From Sphaerodactylus townsendi (taxonomy: Eukaryota), in NCBI RefSeq assembly GCF_021028975.2, contig NC_059436.1, positions 3,100,001 to 3,164,000 on the forward strand: DNA of 64,000 bases, given 5' to 3'. Both the position numbers and the translations under genes were made by a program. This document shows, piece by piece, positions 62,801-64,000 of this stretch (position 1 is the stretch's first letter; every line of letters starts with the position of its first letter). The notes beneath the pieces are model-generated. The model did no database searches and had not been told where the DNA came from. It worked only from the letters and a program-made list of their open reading frames with translations.

Positions 62801-64000
62801 TATTTACAAAATATACTTTTTAAAAAGCAGAGGCTACTTAAAAGACCAGGGAGAACAAAAAGTAACTGTGAATTAATGTATGTGAATTAATGCTAGCAGA
62901 ACTCTGAATTTAGAGATAATGGTTTAAAAGAGATTGTGTATATAAGTATTGATAATTAGGTCATAAAATGAGAGTTATAAAGAATTTCTTATTTTAGTAA
63001 ATAGAAAGCTGGTATAAGATTTTGATTATTGGATATAGAATATGTGGTATTTGATGAAGGTGAGGTGGGAGTCACATAGTTAACTGTTTTTAAAATATAT
63101 TTATGTTCTTTTTACTATGGTCATAATTTGTATTGGGTTAAATGTATGGGGACTGAGGGTAACTCTCTTTTCTTATTTCTCTTTTTTTTCTTATTCTTTG
63201 TTTATAGTCTTGGTAGGGTGGCTGGTTCACCATCTGGTAGTTTTGTAGCTATATAAAAATTTAAAAAAAAACTTTGCATAGAAAATGCAAAGTTCGCACA
63301 ACAGCAAAGGAATGTGCCAATAGTTGCAAATGTGGCTGTAACAACCTGACTGTTATCTGCACAAAAAAAGGTACATGTGGCTCAAGGAAACATTAATTTG
63401 CATGAGGATAATGTCACATCTGGTTAGATCCCTTTATTTCCTTTCCTTCTCTCATGTTGGCTCAGTTTTCTTTTCTTCCTCTGCTATCTTGAAGCTTGTC
63501 CCTTTATATCCAGGCTCAGTTCTGTGAGTCCCATTCAAACACACATCCTTTTGGGTTGTCAACAGGTTTGAAGAAAAATGTCCTGTCTCTTTCACAGAGG
63601 CTCTGGGGGATGTTATTTACAAGGTGATGGTATTTACTTCCATGCTATGAAAAGCTTCAGTGGCAGTTTCCACACATTAAGCTTCTATTAAAGAGAGAGG
63701 ACACCCCCCTGGACTCTTAGGCTTGAAAACACAGTAGCTAGAATGGAGTATTTCCCTGACTTGTAAGTGTATTGCATGCAAGCCCTTGTTTGGAAATTAG
63801 AAGGGAAGGGAGGGGTGGTGGGTCTTTCAACGGATGAGAGCATCTGTTGTTTGAGTACGCTTGGATTCGCTGAATCCAGTGCAGATGGAGATCCTGGATT
63901 GGGTCAAAGGGAACTGGTGGGAGGGCTTTAGCTGCTTCAATTTGACTGTGTGGCAATGCAACCTACCTCATCTGTCAAAAGCCCAGGGGTGACTTTGGAG

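Noticed and set aside
49300-64000. Additional gene (PNMA2 or DPYSL2 exons) downstream of BNIP3L
   Set aside because: No recognisable exon or long gag-like ORF was found; PNMA2 is not expected outside mammals. A short non-coding exon cannot be excluded by eye.

Overview
Vertebrate genomic DNA, most likely a squamate (probably a gecko, judged from the SINE, MITE and SPIN repeat content). It contains two + strand multi-exon genes in the conserved vertebrate order. PPP2R2A (PP2A B55-alpha) is represented by coding exons 3-10 at 7607-27089; its canonical exons 1-2 lie upstream of the window, exon 4 is mostly hidden in an N gap, and one intron is a GT-AG U12 intron. BNIP3L/NIX is complete (6 coding exons, 32311-45777, 213 aa) with a CpG-island promoter. 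About 16 kb of intergenic DNA follows. Introns are rich in transposons: tRNA- and 5S-derived SINEs, hAT/SPIN and Harbinger MITEs, L2, two R4/Dong 3' ends, two Penelope-like inverted-repeat elements and a decayed DIRS element. The top observation is a candidate alternative first coding exon of PPP2R2A at 3367/3403-3493. It encodes (MKIHKQIGVLRK)MKCFPCPFSNTIKSAQSNTSALMSACFFDQ, ends in a phase-1 donor that splices in frame to exon 3, and resembles the mitochondria-targeting N-terminus of the paralog isoform PPP2R2B B-beta2 (MKCF...NT...S.C..EADIIST). It suggests a mitochondria-directed B-alpha isoform. Exon numbering and human comparisons are from recalled sequences, not database searches.
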